Of a DNA stretch of 55,436 bases, positions 12,626-23,084 are shown in pieces. Location of the stretch: the NCBI GenBank assembly GCA_035251235.1, contig DATFEJ010000018.1:1-55436 (forward strand). Reading direction: 5' to 3'. The translations under genes were made by a program, and so were the position numbers. How positions within the stretch are numbered: the first letter of the stretch is position 1; the number at the start of each line of letters is the position of its first letter. Below the pieces are notes generated by a model, which was not told the origin of the DNA, did not search any database, and saw only the letters and a list, made by a program, of their open reading frames with translations. The stretch is from Burkholderiales bacterium (lineage in GTDB: Bacteria > Pseudomonadota > Gammaproteobacteria > Burkholderiales > SG8-39).

Positions 12626-13435
12626 CTAGTGATGCTCGTGCGCCATGGCGATGTACACCACGGTGAGCATCATGAAAATGTAGGCCTGCAGCGCGACGAT
12701 CAGGATATGGAAGATCGCCCAGCCCAGCCCGAGCAGCGTCGCGACGATGGTGCCGAACAGGCCCGTGGCGGCGAGCAGCCACAGCAGCAGGAAGATGATT
12801 TCGCCGGCGTACATGTTGCCGAACAGCCGCAGCGCGTGGGACAGGGGCTTGGACACGTACTCGATGAAGTTGAACAGCAAGTTGGCGGGCCAGAGCAGCG
12901 GGTTGCTGCCGAAAGGCGCGCAGAACAGCTCGTGGATCCAGCCCCACAGCCCCTTGGCGGCGATCGAGAACCAGATCATCAGCAGCCAGACCGAGAGCGC
13001 GAGCGCGAAGGTCGTATTGACGTCCGCAGTGGGCACGGGACGCCAGGCGTGCAGGCCCATCCACTCCAGCGGCGTGACGACGATGTCGATGGGCAGGAAG
13101 TCCATCGCGTTCATCACCAGCACCCAGACGAACACGGTAAGCGCGACAGGCGCGACGAAGCGGTTGCGATCGCCGTGGTGGAAGATGCCCTTGACCTGCT
13201 CGTCGATGAATTCGATGAGCAGCTCGACCAGTGCCTGTCGCCGGTTCGGCACGCCGGCGGTCGCGCCGCGCACCACCCACCAGATGGCACCCATCGCCAG
13301 GATACCGACCAGCGCGGCGGTGATCACCGAATCGACGTTCAGCGACCAGAACCCGCCGTCTCCCACGGGCTTCGTGAGAAAGGTCAGGTGGTGCTGGATG
13401 TAGTCCGTGGCGTTGAAGTCTTTGCCGGCAGCCAT
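12626..13435 (-). CDS. atpB: F0F1 ATP synthase subunit a
   Basis: Track ORF 12626..13459(-) begins at a TTG. The first ATG (13435-13433, [17 protein letters not shown]...) lies 4 nt after the atpI stop. Conserved [15 protein letters not shown] motif. Confidence 0.92.
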   Translation of the reverse strand: MAAGKDFNATDYIQHHLTFLTKPVGDGGFWSLNVDSVITAALVGILAMGAIWWVVRGATAGVPNRRQALVELLIEFIDEQVKGIFHHGDRNRFVAPVALTVFVWVLVMNAMDFLPIDIVVTPLEWMGLHAWRPVPTADVNTTFALALSVWLLMIWFSIAAKGLWGWIHELFCAPFGSNPLLWPANLLFNFIEYVSKPLSHALRLFGNMYAGEIIFLLLWLLAATGLFGTIVATLLGLGWAIFHILIVALQAYIFMMLTVVYIAMAHEHH

Positions 13436-13439
13436 TGGT

Positions 13440-13820
13440 TCAGTCGTATTCGCGTACAAAGAACGCCATGCCGAAGATCAGGACCGTCGCGATGAACGAT
13501 CCGAAAAACGCGGGCGCGACGACGCTCTTGTACGTCGCCAGCACCAGCCACAGCAGGAGCACGATGAGGCCGATCTTCACGCCTTCGGCCGCCAACGCGC
13601 TGATCAGGACGTCTCCTGCGGTCCGCGCCTTGCCCTTCGATGCCACCACCGCGGATACCCAGCCGGCGCAGACGCTGATCGCCCCACCCAGGGCGGCGGA
13701 CAGCGCGCCGTCGACTCCGGCCAGAATCCCCCCGGCGAGCGTCAAGGCAGCGGTGGCGATCAGTTGCCACCGCAGAACGGTGCGGATCGGCTTGCGCAGG
13801 GCGCCCAGACTGGCGTTCAT
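13440..13820 (-). CDS. atpI: ATP synthase protein I
   Basis: Track ORF 13440..13838(-) begins at a TTG. The first ATG (13820-13818) gives [28 protein letters not shown]... A small polytopic membrane protein at the head of the atp operon. Confidence 0.75.
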   Translation of the reverse strand: MNASLGALRKPIRTVLRWQLIATAALTLAGGILAGVDGALSAALGGAISVCAGWVSAVVASKGKARTAGDVLISALAAEGVKIGLIVLLLWLVLATYKSVVAPAFFGSFIATVLIFGMAFFVREYD

Positions 13821-13847
13821 GCTCTTGGCGGCCTGCAAAGCCGCGCG

Positions 13848-13876
13848 ATTTTACGGGTTGCCCCAACAACGGTCAA
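13848..13876 (-). promoter_or_regulatory. Sigma-70-type promoter of the atp operon (TTGACC-17 nt-TAAAAT)
   Basis: The minus strand reads TTGACC (13876-13871), a 17-nt spacer, then TAAAAT (13853-13848). This is about 28 nt upstream of the atpI ATG, in the parB-atpI spacer. Confidence 0.6.
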
Positions 13877-13910
13877 CGCATTGCGCTGCAACATACTGCT
13901 CGTTTCGCCC

Positions 13911-14750
13911 TCAGCGCAGTTTCTTCAGTAGTTGGTCGAGGTGATCGAGGCCCGAGTAGTGCAGGATGATCTTTCCTCGGCCTTTGCGCCCGGCGCGAAT
14001 CTCCACCGTCGTTCCGAGCCGTCCCGAGACCTCCTCCTCGAGGCGTGCGAGGTCCCGGTCGACCTTCGGCCGGCGCTGCGCACCCTGGCCGCGCTGGGCG
14101 CGCGCCGCAAGCGCTTCGGCCTCGCGCACGGACAACCCGCGCGCCACGATCCGGTTCGCCGCTTCGATCTGGCGCGCGCCCTCGAGCGCCAGCAGGGCGC
14201 GCGCGTGGCCCATCTCCAGGACCCCCTCCATGACCATGGCCTGCACCGGTTTGGCCAGTCGCAACAGCCGCAGCAGGTTGGTGGTCGCGCTGCGCGAGCG
14301 GCCGACGGCGTCCGCCACCTGCTCGTGGGTCATGCGGAACTCGTCCGCCAGCCGCTGCAGTCCGGCGGCTTCCTCCATCGGATTGAGGTTCTCGCGCTGG
14401 ATATTCTCGATGAGCGACATGGCGAGCGCGGATTCGTCGGCCACCTCGCGTACGAGTGCGGGAATCTCCTGCAGGCCGGCCATTTGCGCCGCGCGCCAGC
14501 GGCGCTCGCCGGCGATCAGCTCATAGCGGTCGCGATCCACCGGCCGGACCAGCACCGGCTGCATCAGCCCCTGCGACTTGATGGATGCCGCAAGCTCGGC
14601 GAGCGCTTCCTGTCCCATCCGCGTGCGCGGCTGGTATCGGCCCGGGCGAATGCGCGTGACCGGCAGCGTGGTGAGCGCATCGCGCGGCGGCTCATCGCCG
14701 CCCAGCAACGCTTCCAGGCCGCGCCCAAGTCCTTTTCGCCGGATGTTCAT
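13911..14750 (-). CDS. parB: Chromosome partitioning protein ParB (parS-binding)
   Basis: C-terminal 279 aa of track ORF 13911..15176(-): MNIRRKGLGRGLEALLGG...PVLVRP...YELIAGERRWRAAQMAGL...HTH THEQVADAVGRSRSATTNLLRLL. ATG at 14750-14748. Confidence 0.95.
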   Translation of the reverse strand: MNIRRKGLGRGLEALLGGDEPPRDALTTLPVTRIRPGRYQPRTRMGQEALAELAASIKSQGLMQPVLVRPVDRDRYELIAGERRWRAAQMAGLQEIPALVREVADESALAMSLIENIQRENLNPMEEAAGLQRLADEFRMTHEQVADAVGRSRSATTNLLRLLRLAKPVQAMVMEGVLEMGHARALLALEGARQIEAANRIVARGLSVREAEALAARAQRGQGAQRRPKVDRDLARLEEEVSGRLGTTVEIRAGRKGRGKIILHYSGLDHLDQLLKKLR

Positions 14751-14770
14751 GAGATTCGCTTTCGTCGGAT

Positions 14771-15556
14771 TCAGGCGGCCGTCGCGGCGGTCGCGCGCTC
14801 GAGCATTTCCTGCGCCAGCGCGGTGTATGCCTGCGCGCCCTTGGATTCCGCGTCCCAGACGACCGCCGGCGTGCCGTAGCTCGGCGCCTCGGCCAGGCGG
14901 ACGTTGCGCGGCACGATGGTGCGATAGACCTTGTCGCCGAAGTGCTCCTCGAGCTGGGCCGAGACCTGCTGGGCCAGCGTATTGCGCGCGTCGTACATCG
15001 TGCGCACCAGCCCGGCGATGTCGAGCCCGGGATTGAGGTGCGTACGTACGCGCTTGATCGTACCCACCAGATCGGACAGGCCTTCGAGCGCGTAGTACTC
15101 GCACTGCATCGGGATGAGCACCGACTGCGCGGCGACCAGGCCGTTCAGCGTCAGCAGGGACAGCGACGGCGGGCAATCGATGAACACGAAGTCGTACTCG
15201 GCGAGCACGCCGGCGAGCGCCGACTTCAGCCGGCTTTCCCGGCGCTCGAGCTCGACCAGCTCGACTTCGGCGCCGGCGAGCTCGCGGTTCGCCGGCAGCA
15301 GGTCGAAGCCGCCGCGCTCGACCCGCACGCGGATGTTCGCGATGTCGCCCAGCCCCAGGAGGACGTGATAGACGGTACGCGCCGCCGCGCGCTTGTCCAC
15401 GCCGCAGCCCATCGTGGCGTTGCCCTGCGGATCGAGATCGATGAGCAGCGTGCGTTGCCCCGTGAGAGCGAGGGCGGCGGCCAGGTTGACGCTCGTCGTG
15501 GTCTTGCCGACGCCGCCCTTCTGATTGACCACCGCGTAGACGTGCGCAGCGCTCAT
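14771..15556 (-). CDS. parA: Chromosome partitioning ATPase ParA/Soj
   Basis: C-terminal 261 aa of track ORF 14771..16075(-): [30 protein letters not shown] (deviant Walker A). The ATG at 15556-15554 overlaps the rsmG stop (ATGA). Confidence 0.95.
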   Translation of the reverse strand: MSAAHVYAVVNQKGGVGKTTTSVNLAAALALTGQRTLLIDLDPQGNATMGCGVDKRAAARTVYHVLLGLGDIANIRVRVERGGFDLLPANRELAGAEVELVELERRESRLKSALAGVLAEYDFVFIDCPPSLSLLTLNGLVAAQSVLIPMQCEYYALEGLSDLVGTIKRVRTHLNPGLDIAGLVRTMYDARNTLAQQVSAQLEEHFGDKVYRTIVPRNVRLAEAPSYGTPAVVWDAESKGAQAYTALAQEMLERATAATAA

Positions 15557-16179
15557 GTTGCGCAATGGCAAAAGACCAGGTGACGTTCGGCCTCCAGCTG
15601 AGGCACGTGCAGGCGGCGCACGTCCGAGCAATCGGCGCCGTCGGGCACGCGGCGCAGCTCGTCCACGGGGAACGATCCTTTCATCGCCACCAGCACCCCG
15701 CCCGGCGCGAGAAGGTGACGGCAGGCGGCGATGAAGCGCCCCAACTCGGCGAAGCCGCGCGAGATCACGCAGTCGAACTTTTGCTGGGGCTGCCACGCCT
15801 CCACCCGCCCGGCGTGAAGGTCCGCGTTCGGGATGCCGATCTCGATCAATGCCTGCCGCAGGAAAGCGGCCTTCTTCTGGCTGGCGTCGTTCAGCGTGAC
15901 GCGCCTTTCCGGTTCCACGATGGCGACCGGGATTCCCGGAAGACCCGCGCCGGCGCCGACGTCGGCGAGCGTGCCGGCGCGCAGGTGCGGCACGACGGCG
16001 AGCGAGTCCAGGAGGTGGTGACTGATCATGCGTAGCGGATCTCGAATGGCGGTCAGGTTGTAGGTCTTGTTCCACTTGGCGAGCAGCTCGAGGTACGCCA
16101 GCAGCTTTTCCTGGTCGCCGGCCGATACAGAGATGCCAAGCGACTGGATGCCCTGTGCAAGGGCCGCTCGCGGTGTCAT
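15553..16179 (-). CDS. rsmG: 16S rRNA (guanine527-N7)-methyltransferase RsmG (GidB)
   Basis: Track ORF 15553..16179(-). SAM motif [17 protein letters not shown]. The start overlaps the mnmG stop (ATGA). Confidence 0.93.
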   Translation of the reverse strand: MTPRAALAQGIQSLGISVSAGDQEKLLAYLELLAKWNKTYNLTAIRDPLRMISHHLLDSLAVVPHLRAGTLADVGAGAGLPGIPVAIVEPERRVTLNDASQKKAAFLRQALIEIGIPNADLHAGRVEAWQPQQKFDCVISRGFAELGRFIAACRHLLAPGGVLVAMKGSFPVDELRRVPDGADCSDVRRLHVPQLEAERHLVFCHCAT

Positions 16180-18068
16180 GCGCGCTTTTTCTGCGGCGCC
16201 GTCCCTCGCTTCAAGTGCACGAGCAGCAGGGAAATCGCGGCTGGCGTCACGCCCGAGAGACGCGCCGCTTGACCGATGGTTTCCGGGCGATGCGAGGCGA
16301 GCTTCTGCTGCACCTCCTTCGACAGACCCCTTACGGAGGCGTAGTCCAGATCGGAAGGCAGGGGTTGCCCTTCTTCCCCAGACCTGCGTTCTACCTCGGC
16401 GCGCTGCCGCTCGACGTATCCGTGGTACTTGGCCTGGATCTCGATCTGCTCGATCACCGCTTCATCCTGCACAAGCGCGCCGGAGTTAGGGAATTCTGAA
16501 AGTGAACGATAACTTACATTAGGACGGCGCAGCAGCGAGGCGAGCGTGTACTCGCGCTCCAGGCCTTGGCCTAGGACACGCTCCGCGATCTCTCGGGTCG
16601 TACTCCGCGGACCCACCCACACGCTATTGAGGCGCTCCTGCTCGACACCAATCGCGTCCCGCTTGCGGCAGAAAGCGTCCCAGCGCTCATCGCCGACGAT
16701 GCCGAGGCGGCGACCGTGCTCCGTAAGCCGCAGGTCCGCATTGTCCTCGCGGAGCATCAGCCGGAACTCCGCCCTGCTGGTGAACATCCGGTAGGGCTCC
16801 GAAACACCCCGGGTCACCAGATCATCCACGAGGACACCCAGGTACGCCTCGTCTCGCCGGGGAGTCCAAGGCTCCTCGTCGCGCGCCTGACGTCCAGCGT
16901 TGATTCCTGCCAGGAGCCCTTGTGCGGCGGCCTCTTCGTACCCGGTCGTTCCGTTGATCTGCCCGGCGAAGAACAACCCGCGCACCGACTTGGTTTCGAG
17001 AGAAGCCCTGAGCTGGCGGGGATCGAAGTAGTCGTACTCGATCGCATAACCCGGGCGCAGGATATGCGCCTGCTCCAGGCCGCGGATGGAGCGCACCAGC
17101 TCCCACTGTACGTCGAATGGCAGGCTGGTCGAGATGCCGTTCGGGTAGATCTCGTGCGTCTCCAACCCCTCCGGCTCTAGAAAGACCTGGTGGCTCGCCT
17201 TGTCGGCGAACCGGTGGATCTTGTCTTCGATCGAGGGGCAGTAACGCGGCCCCACGCCCTGGATCACGCCCGTGTACATGGGCGAGCGATCGAGGCCTCG
17301 CCGGATCGCGTCGTGCGTCCGCTCATTGGTGTGCGCGATCCAGCAGGGTCGCTGCTCCGGGTGCATCGCGCGGCTTCCGAGATACGAGAACACCGGCTCC
17401 GGTGAATCGCCCGGCTGCAACTCCAGGACCGAAAGGTCGATCGTCCTGCCATCGAGCCTCGGCGGGGTGCCGGTTTTCAGTCGCCCTGCGGGCAGCTGCA
17501 TTTCCCTCAGCCGGGCGGCAAGCGTGACGGACGCGGGATCGCCAGCCCGGCCCGCCTCATAGCTCTCCAGGCCCACATGTACGCGGCCGGAAAGGAAAGT
17601 CCCAGCCGTCAGCACGACCGTACGCCCCATGAAACGAATGCCGAGTTGGGTCAGGACGCCGGCGACGCGATCTCCGACCAGGAGAATGTCGTCCACGGCT
17701 TGCTGAAACAGGGTCAGATTCTCCTGGCCCTCGAGCCGCCGGCGAATTGCGCGCCGGTAGAGCACGCGGTCTGCTTGCGCACGCGTCGCCCGCACCGCGG
17801 GCCCCTTGGACGAGTTCAGAGTGCGGAATTGGATGCCCGCCTCATCGGCAGCCAGCGCCATCGCCCCGCCCAGGGCGTCGACTTCCTTGACCAAGTGTCC
17901 CTTGCCGATGCCGCCGATCGAGGGGTTGCAGGACATCTGCCCCAGCGTTTCGAGGCTGTGCGTCAGAAGCAGGGTTTGGCACCCCATCCGGGCGGCCGCG
18001 AGTGCGGCCTCGGTGCCCGCATGGCCACCACCGATCACGATCACGTCAAACTCTCTGGGAAACTGCAT
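16176..18068 (-). CDS. mnmG: tRNA uridine-5-carboxymethylaminomethyl synthesis enzyme MnmG (GidA)
   Basis: Track ORF 16176..18161(-). The conserved N-terminus [29 protein letters not shown] starts at the ATG at 18068-18066. The 31 upstream codons (MFHVEQ...) are a read-through of the parS sites. Confidence 0.95.
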   Translation of the reverse strand: MQFPREFDVIVIGGGHAGTEAALAAARMGCQTLLLTHSLETLGQMSCNPSIGGIGKGHLVKEVDALGGAMALAADEAGIQFRTLNSSKGPAVRATRAQADRVLYRRAIRRRLEGQENLTLFQQAVDDILLVGDRVAGVLTQLGIRFMGRTVVLTAGTFLSGRVHVGLESYEAGRAGDPASVTLAARLREMQLPAGRLKTGTPPRLDGRTIDLSVLELQPGDSPEPVFSYLGSRAMHPEQRPCWIAHTNERTHDAIRRGLDRSPMYTGVIQGVGPRYCPSIEDKIHRFADKASHQVFLEPEGLETHEIYPNGISTSLPFDVQWELVRSIRGLEQAHILRPGYAIEYDYFDPRQLRASLETKSVRGLFFAGQINGTTGYEEAAAQGLLAGINAGRQARDEEPWTPRRDEAYLGVLVDDLVTRGVSEPYRMFTSRAEFRLMLREDNADLRLTEHGRRLGIVGDERWDAFCRKRDAIGVEQERLNSVWVGPRSTTREIAERVLGQGLEREYTLASLLRRPNVSYRSLSEFPNSGALVQDEAVIEQIEIQAKYHGYVERQRAEVERRSGEEGQPLPSDLDYASVRGLSKEVQQKLASHRPETIGQAARLSGVTPAAISLLLVHLKRGTAPQKKRA

Positions 18069-18104
18069 GCGGGCCGGCTCGGGAGAGGGCGCATGATACG
18101 TGAA

Positions 18105-18120
18105 TGTTCCACGTGAAACT
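18105..18120. promoter_or_regulatory. parS centromere-like site (TGTTCCACGTGAAACT)
   Basis: 15/16 match to the canonical parS TGTTCCACGTGAAACA (TGTTNCACGTGAAACA). It lies in the mnmG upstream spacer, about 3.3 kb from parB. Confidence 0.8.
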
Positions 18121-18144
18121 AGCGAGGGCCTTTCAATCCTTGGC

Positions 18145-18160
18145 TGTTCCACGTGGAACA
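18145..18160. promoter_or_regulatory. parS centromere-like site (TGTTCCACGTGGAACA, perfect palindrome)
   Basis: Perfect 16-bp palindrome, one position different from the canonical parS. It is offset 40 bp start-to-start from the first site. Confidence 0.8.
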
Positions 18161-18240
18161 AGAGAGACTTAGGACATTGCTGCGCCGCAGCATCCCCCCT
18201 CTGCGTGCGACAATCGCGGCCCCTTGGCGCCGCCTTCCCC

Positions 18241-19422
18241 GTGATCTCACTTACCCGTTACGCCACGCTGCTCGAGCGTCCCGAGCTTCGCCGAACGATC
18301 GTGGCATCGGTCATCGGCCGGCTGCCGATCGGCATCCTCGGACTTGCGATCCTGCTCGCCTCGCAAGCATCGAGCGGCTCCTTTGGCGTGGCGGGCGCCG
18401 TCGCGGCGAGCTACCTGGCCGGCCTCGCGGCGATGGCGCCCGTGCTTGGCCGCCTGATCGACCGCGCGGGCCCGCGCAGGGTGCTGACCGTATGCGCCGG
18501 CGCCTTTCCAGCCACCTTGATCACGCTTGTCGCGGCTTTGCGGCTGGACGCGCCCCAGTGGACGGCTTTCGTGCTGGCGGCGGCCGCGGGCGCGACCTTT
18601 CCGCCGATCACCGTCAGCTTGCGCACGTTCCTGCGACAACGCCTGGCGGACGAAGCGCAGCTTTCCACGGCCTATTCGCTCGAGTCGGTGCTCATCGAAA
18701 CGATCTTCATCATCGGTCCGATGCTCGTCGCGCTCTTCGTCGCCTACTTGTCGGCCGCGGCGGCCGTGATCTTCGCTGCCGGCTGCGGCCTCATCGGTAC
18801 CCTGCTGTTCCTTCGCTCACCCGTGCTCGCGCACTGGCGCATCGAGAAGCGCACTGGTTCCAGCATGCTCGGGCCGCTATCGGTGCCCGGTTTTGTGCCG
18901 CTCCTCGCCGTCATCCTCGCCTATTCCGGCGCGTTCGGACTGCTCGAAATCGGTGTCACCGCCTTCGCGACCGAATCCGGCAAGCCGGCGCTCGCGGGAA
19001 TCATCCTCGGCTTGATGAGCGTTGGCAGCGCAGCGGGCGGACTCGCCTATGGCAGCCGCAGCTGGCGGCCGCCACTGACGCACCAGTTCGCCCTGATGCT
19101 TTTCCTGATGGGCGCAGGGCTCGCTGCACTGGCCTATGTGGCGAACGCTGCCGCATTCACGATCCTCGGCATTCTCGCGGGGATCGTGATGGCGCCCGCG
19201 CTCATCATCCAGTCCATGCTGGTCGCGAAGACGGCGCCGGCGCAGTACGCGACCGAGGCGTTTACCTGGTCGACGTCCTGCCTCCTGACCGGCGTCGGCC
19301 TCGGCCTCGCCCTGGGCGGGCTGATCCTCGAGCGCGCAACCTCGAGCGCAGTATTCGCCACCGCCGGCCTGGTCTCCGTCGGCGCCGCCGTACTGGCCGG
19401 CGTTTCCCTGCGCACGCGCTAG
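18241..19422 (+). CDS. MFS transporter
   Basis: In frame with track ORF 18100..19422(+). Roughly 12 hydrophobic segments (e.g. [52 protein letters not shown]). The start is set at GTG 18241 ([18 protein letters not shown]); the upstream part of the ORF covers the parS region, so the start is uncertain. Confidence 0.75.
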   Translation: MISLTRYATLLERPELRRTIVASVIGRLPIGILGLAILLASQASSGSFGVAGAVAASYLAGLAAMAPVLGRLIDRAGPRRVLTVCAGAFPATLITLVAALRLDAPQWTAFVLAAAAGATFPPITVSLRTFLRQRLADEAQLSTAYSLESVLIETIFIIGPMLVALFVAYLSAAAAVIFAAGCGLIGTLLFLRSPVLAHWRIEKRTGSSMLGPLSVPGFVPLLAVILAYSGAFGLLEIGVTAFATESGKPALAGIILGLMSVGSAAGGLAYGSRSWRPPLTHQFALMLFLMGAGLAALAYVANAAAFTILGILAGIVMAPALIIQSMLVAKTAPAQYATEAFTWSTSCLLTGVGLGLALGGLILERATSSAVFATAGLVSVGAAVLAGVSLRTR

Positions 19423-21998
19423 CCGCGCCGTCGCCGCCGGCCCCTGCTCCGCTGCAGAAAGTAGACGAAAGCGAGCAGTGCGAGCGCGGGAAGGTAGACC
19501 CAATGCTCCGAAGGCCGATCGGTCGGCACCTTGACCGCCGCAACCTCGAATCCCTGCTCGAACCCCGATTTCTTCGCGCGGCTGCCGAATCGCACCGCCG
19601 CGACGCGCACGTTCTCCCCGAGCGCCGTGATCGTCAGGCCCGAGGCAGCGAGCCTCTTGCGCCCCTCTCCGGGTTCCACGAGCTGCACGGCCACCGTCTT
19701 GCGTACGTCCTCGCCCTCGATGTTGGTGCCCTTGATGACGAGCACCAGCCGTTCCTTCTCGCCCAGCTCACCAGCGACGCGGAAGACCTCTTTTGCCGGC
19801 ACTTCCGTGTAGGGGGGATAGAGCTTGTCCATGAAGAAGTCCGGGCGGAACAGCGCGAACGTGCCGGCCAGCAGCAGCGCGATCTCCCACCAGCGGCAGC
19901 GCGAGTGAAACCAGCCAAGGGTGGCCGCCGAGAACGCGAGAGATGCCACCGTCGCCGCGAACGCCACTAGCAGCACTTCCCACCAGCTGCGCACGTCGAT
20001 CAACAGCAGCATGGGGTTGAAAACGAAGACGAAGGGCAGCACCACCGTGCGCAGGGCGTAGACCGACCCCTGGATGCCGGTCTTGATCGCGTCTTCTCCC
20101 GAGATCGCCGCCGCGGCGAACGTTGCCAGACCGACCGGAGGCGTGATGTCGCCCATGATGCCGTAGTAGAAAACGAACAGGTGCACGGCGATGAGTGGAA
20201 TCACCAGCCCCGATTGCGCGCCCAGCTCGACGATCACCGGCGCCATGAGGGTCGCCACGAGGATGTAATTGGCGGTCGTCGGCACGCCGAGCCCGAGCAC
20301 CAGGCAGACGAATGCCGTGAATAACAGCATCAAGACCACGTTGCCCTGGGAGACGACCTCGACGAAATCGGTCATGCGGAATCCGAGCCCGGTCAGCGTG
20401 ATGCCGCCGACGATGATCCCCGCGGTGGCGGTGGCGATGGCGATGGAAATCATGTTGCGGGCGCCGTCGTTCAGGCCATCCACAACTTCCTTCAAGCCGC
20501 GCTTGACCATCCCCGCCATCCTGCGGCGACCGCGGAAGTATGCGGTCAACGGATGCTGCGTCGCCATCAGCGCGATGAGCGTCGCTGTGGCCCAGAACGC
20601 CGACAGCGCCGGCGAAAGTTCCTCGATCATCAGGCACCAGATGAGCACGCCGATCGGGATCAGAAAGTGCACGCCCGCCTTTACCGTCGGCCAGGTGTCG
20701 GGCAGCACTGGATTGTCGACGTCGATGTCCTGCGGCAGGTCCGGACAGCGCGCGGCCACCCTGACCGTGAAGACGTAGAGCGCCGCCAGCAGTGCGCCAA
20801 GCACCCATGGCGCCACGGCCGGGCCCAGCGCATTTTTCGCGCCTTCCGCGGCCCAGTAGATGACGCTGCACACGACGATCGATCCCGAGACGCCCAGGCC
20901 CCAGCCCGTCAGCTTTTGCTGGAACGGGCGCGCGCGAGCGCGCGCCGTCGGCTCGAGGCCGAGCTTCAGTGCTTCCAGATGGACGATATAGAAAAGCGCA
21001 ATGTAGGAGATGAGCGCGGGCAGGAAGGCATGCTTGATGACGTCGGTATAGGGAATGCCCACGTACTCCACCATCAGGAATGCCGCCGCTCCCATGACCG
21101 GCGGCATGATCTGCCCGTTCACCGAAGATGCAGTCTCGATCGCCCCCGCCTTCACGCCGCCGTAGCCCGCCTTGGTCATCAGCGGAATGGTGAAGATGCC
21201 GCCGGATACGACGTTCGACACCGAAGAACCCGAGATCAAGCCGTTCAGGCCGGAGGAGACGACCGCGACCTTGGCCGGCCCGCCACGCAAGTGCCCGAGC
21301 ATGGCGAACGACACCTGCATCATGTAGTTGCCGGCGCCAGCCTTGTCGAGCAGCGAACCGAACAACACGAAAATGAAGATGTAGCCCACCGACACGCCGA
21401 GCGCCACGCCGAACACGCCTTCGGTGGTCAGCCACTGATGCACCAGCATGCGTTCCCACGACGCGCCCTTGTGCGCGATGACCTCGGGCAGGAACTTGCC
21501 GAGCATGATGTAGGCGAGGAAGACCAGCGCAAGGATCGTCATCGGCATGCCCACTGCCCGGCGCGTGGCTTCCAGCAGGAGCACGATGCCGACCGAAGCG
21601 ACGATGATGTCCTGGAGATTCGGCTGGCCGGGGCGATTTGCCAGCTGCGCGTAGAAGAACAGGAAGTACGCGCCCGCGGCCCCCGCAGCGAGACCGAGGA
21701 TCCAGTCGAACCACGGGATGCGATGGCGCTGCGACGCCGTGCGCATGGCCGGATAGCAGAGGAAGGCGAGCAACAGCCCGACTCCCAGGTGCAAAGAGCG
21801 CGCTTCGGTGTCGTTGAGGATGGCCCAGCCGAACGTAAAGGGCAAAGGCGAGGCGTACCAGAGCTGGAACAGCGACCAGCCGATCGCCAGCACGAAGATC
21901 AGCTTGCCGAGGATGCCCTTCGCGGCGCGTCCGCCCGTGTCCGCGTCGGCGACGAACTGCTGAAGATCGGGACTCGGTCCGTGGCCCTTCTTGGACAT
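19419..21998 (-). CDS. TRAP transporter fused permease (TAXI-type, DctQM-like) with C-terminal extra domain
   Basis: Track ORF 19419..21998(-), 859 aa. Highly hydrophobic polytopic protein (MSKKGHGPSPDLQQFVADADTGGRAAKGILGKLIFVLAIGWSLFQLWYASPLPF...) downstream of a TAXI binding-protein gene. The last ~139 aa form a soluble segment plus one terminal TM. Confidence 0.9.
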   Translation of the reverse strand: MSKKGHGPSPDLQQFVADADTGGRAAKGILGKLIFVLAIGWSLFQLWYASPLPFTFGWAILNDTEARSLHLGVGLLLAFLCYPAMRTASQRHRIPWFDWILGLAAGAAGAYFLFFYAQLANRPGQPNLQDIIVASVGIVLLLEATRRAVGMPMTILALVFLAYIMLGKFLPEVIAHKGASWERMLVHQWLTTEGVFGVALGVSVGYIFIFVLFGSLLDKAGAGNYMMQVSFAMLGHLRGGPAKVAVVSSGLNGLISGSSVSNVVSGGIFTIPLMTKAGYGGVKAGAIETASSVNGQIMPPVMGAAAFLMVEYVGIPYTDVIKHAFLPALISYIALFYIVHLEALKLGLEPTARARARPFQQKLTGWGLGVSGSIVVCSVIYWAAEGAKNALGPAVAPWVLGALLAALYVFTVRVAARCPDLPQDIDVDNPVLPDTWPTVKAGVHFLIPIGVLIWCLMIEELSPALSAFWATATLIALMATQHPLTAYFRGRRRMAGMVKRGLKEVVDGLNDGARNMISIAIATATAGIIVGGITLTGLGFRMTDFVEVVSQGNVVLMLLFTAFVCLVLGLGVPTTANYILVATLMAPVIVELGAQSGLVIPLIAVHLFVFYYGIMGDITPPVGLATFAAAAISGEDAIKTGIQGSVYALRTVVLPFVFVFNPMLLLIDVRSWWEVLLVAFAATVASLAFSAATLGWFHSRCRWWEIALLLAGTFALFRPDFFMDKLYPPYTEVPAKEVFRVAGELGEKERLVLVIKGTNIEGEDVRKTVAVQLVEPGEGRKRLAASGLTITALGENVRVAAVRFGSRAKKSGFEQGFEVAAVKVPTDRPSEHWVYLPALALLAFVYFLQRSRGRRRRRG

Positions 21999-22013
21999 GG
22001 CCTTGCCTCCCCA

Positions 22014-22051
22014 GGAAACAAAAAGGGGCGAAACTCGCGTCCCGCCCCTTT
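22014..22051 (-). terminator. Intercistronic intrinsic-terminator-like hairpin between the TAXI binding-protein and permease genes
   Basis: Minus strand: AAAGGGGCG-12 nt loop-CGCCCCTTT followed by TTGTTTCC. A 9-bp stem plus a T-run, 25 nt after the binding-protein stop. The permease has its own GGGGAGG SD. Confidence 0.55.
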
Positions 22052-22075
22052 CTTGCGCTTACCCGGCCGGCTGGC

Positions 22076-23038
22076 CTATTTCAACCAGCCCTTTTCGCGA
22101 TAGTAACGAGCCGCACCATCGTGCAATGGCGCCGACAGCCCGTCCTTGATCATGTTCTCGGGCTTGAGGACCTGGAATGCTGGATGCAGCTTCTTGAACT
22201 CGTCGAAGTTGTCGAACACGGCCTTCACTACCTGGTACACGGTCTCGGCCGGGACCTTCGACGAGGACACGACCGAGGCGAGCACGCCATAGGTCTTGGT
22301 CTCCTGGGGGTTGTTGGGATACAGCCCGCCCGGGATCGTCGCGTGCGCGTAGTACGCGTTCGCGCTCACCAGCTTGTCCACCGCTGCTCCGGTGACCGAC
22401 ACGAGTTTCGCGCCGCAGACCGTGGTCGGATCCTGGATGTTGGCCGACGGATGGCCCACCAGATAGAAGAAGCCGTCGATCTTGCCGTCGCAAAGCGCGG
22501 GCCCGTGCTCGTCCGCCTTCAGCTCCGAGGCGAGCGCGAAAGCCGACAAGTTCCATCCCATGGCGCCGATCAGCTCATCGAGCGTGGCGCGCGTTCCCGA
22601 GCCCGGGTTGCCGACGTTGAATTTCTTGCCTTTCAGGTCTTCGAACTTGCTGACGCCGGACTCCTTGCGCACGACCACCGTCACCGGCTCCGGATGCAAC
22701 GCGAACACCGCGCGCAGCTCGGCCATGGGTTCCTTGAACTGCGCCTTGCCCTTGACGGCGTTGTATTGAACGTCGGATTGCGCGACGCCCATGTCGAGCT
22801 CGCCCGCCTTGATGGTATTGATGTTGAACACCGAGCCGCCGGTGGATTCCACCGAGCAGCGGATGCCGTGCTTTGCGCGGTCCTTGTTGACCAGGCGGCA
22901 GATCGCGCCGCCCGCCGGGTAGTAGACGCCGGTGACACCGCCGGTCCCGATGGTGATGTACTTCTGCTGGGCCTGGGCCACAGGGGCGAGGACGCCGGCC
23001 GCGAGCAGGCCGGCAGCCAGCGCTGCGAATTTACGCAT
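22076..23038 (-). CDS. TAXI-family TRAP transporter solute-binding protein
   Basis: Track ORF 22076..23038(-). Signal peptide [23 protein letters not shown] followed by [23 protein letters not shown], the characteristic TAXI N-terminal motif. Confidence 0.9.
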   Translation of the reverse strand: MRKFAALAAGLLAAGVLAPVAQAQQKYITIGTGGVTGVYYPAGGAICRLVNKDRAKHGIRCSVESTGGSVFNINTIKAGELDMGVAQSDVQYNAVKGKAQFKEPMAELRAVFALHPEPVTVVVRKESGVSKFEDLKGKKFNVGNPGSGTRATLDELIGAMGWNLSAFALASELKADEHGPALCDGKIDGFFYLVGHPSANIQDPTTVCGAKLVSVTGAAVDKLVSANAYYAHATIPGGLYPNNPQETKTYGVLASVVSSSKVPAETVYQVVKAVFDNFDEFKKLHPAFQVLKPENMIKDGLSAPLHDGAARYYREKGWLK

Positions 23039-23084
23039 GTTGGTCTCCTTGGGATGGACGCCGCTAGCTTAGCGGAAGCCGTGC

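Noticed and set aside
12626-13459. TTG-initiated long forms of atpB (13459), atpI (13838), pckG (26307) and metH (55090)
   Set aside because: In each case the track ORF begins at a TTG. A downstream ATG gives the conserved N-terminus, and for pckG it has a good AGGAG. The atpB TTG would also overlap the atpI coding end, and the metH TTG lies inside the leader T-run.
18069-18161. N-terminal extension [31 protein letters not shown] of mnmG
   Set aside because: The FHVE/STWN codons are simply the two parS palindromes read as protein. The conserved MnmG N-terminus ([12 protein letters not shown]) starts right after ATG 18068.
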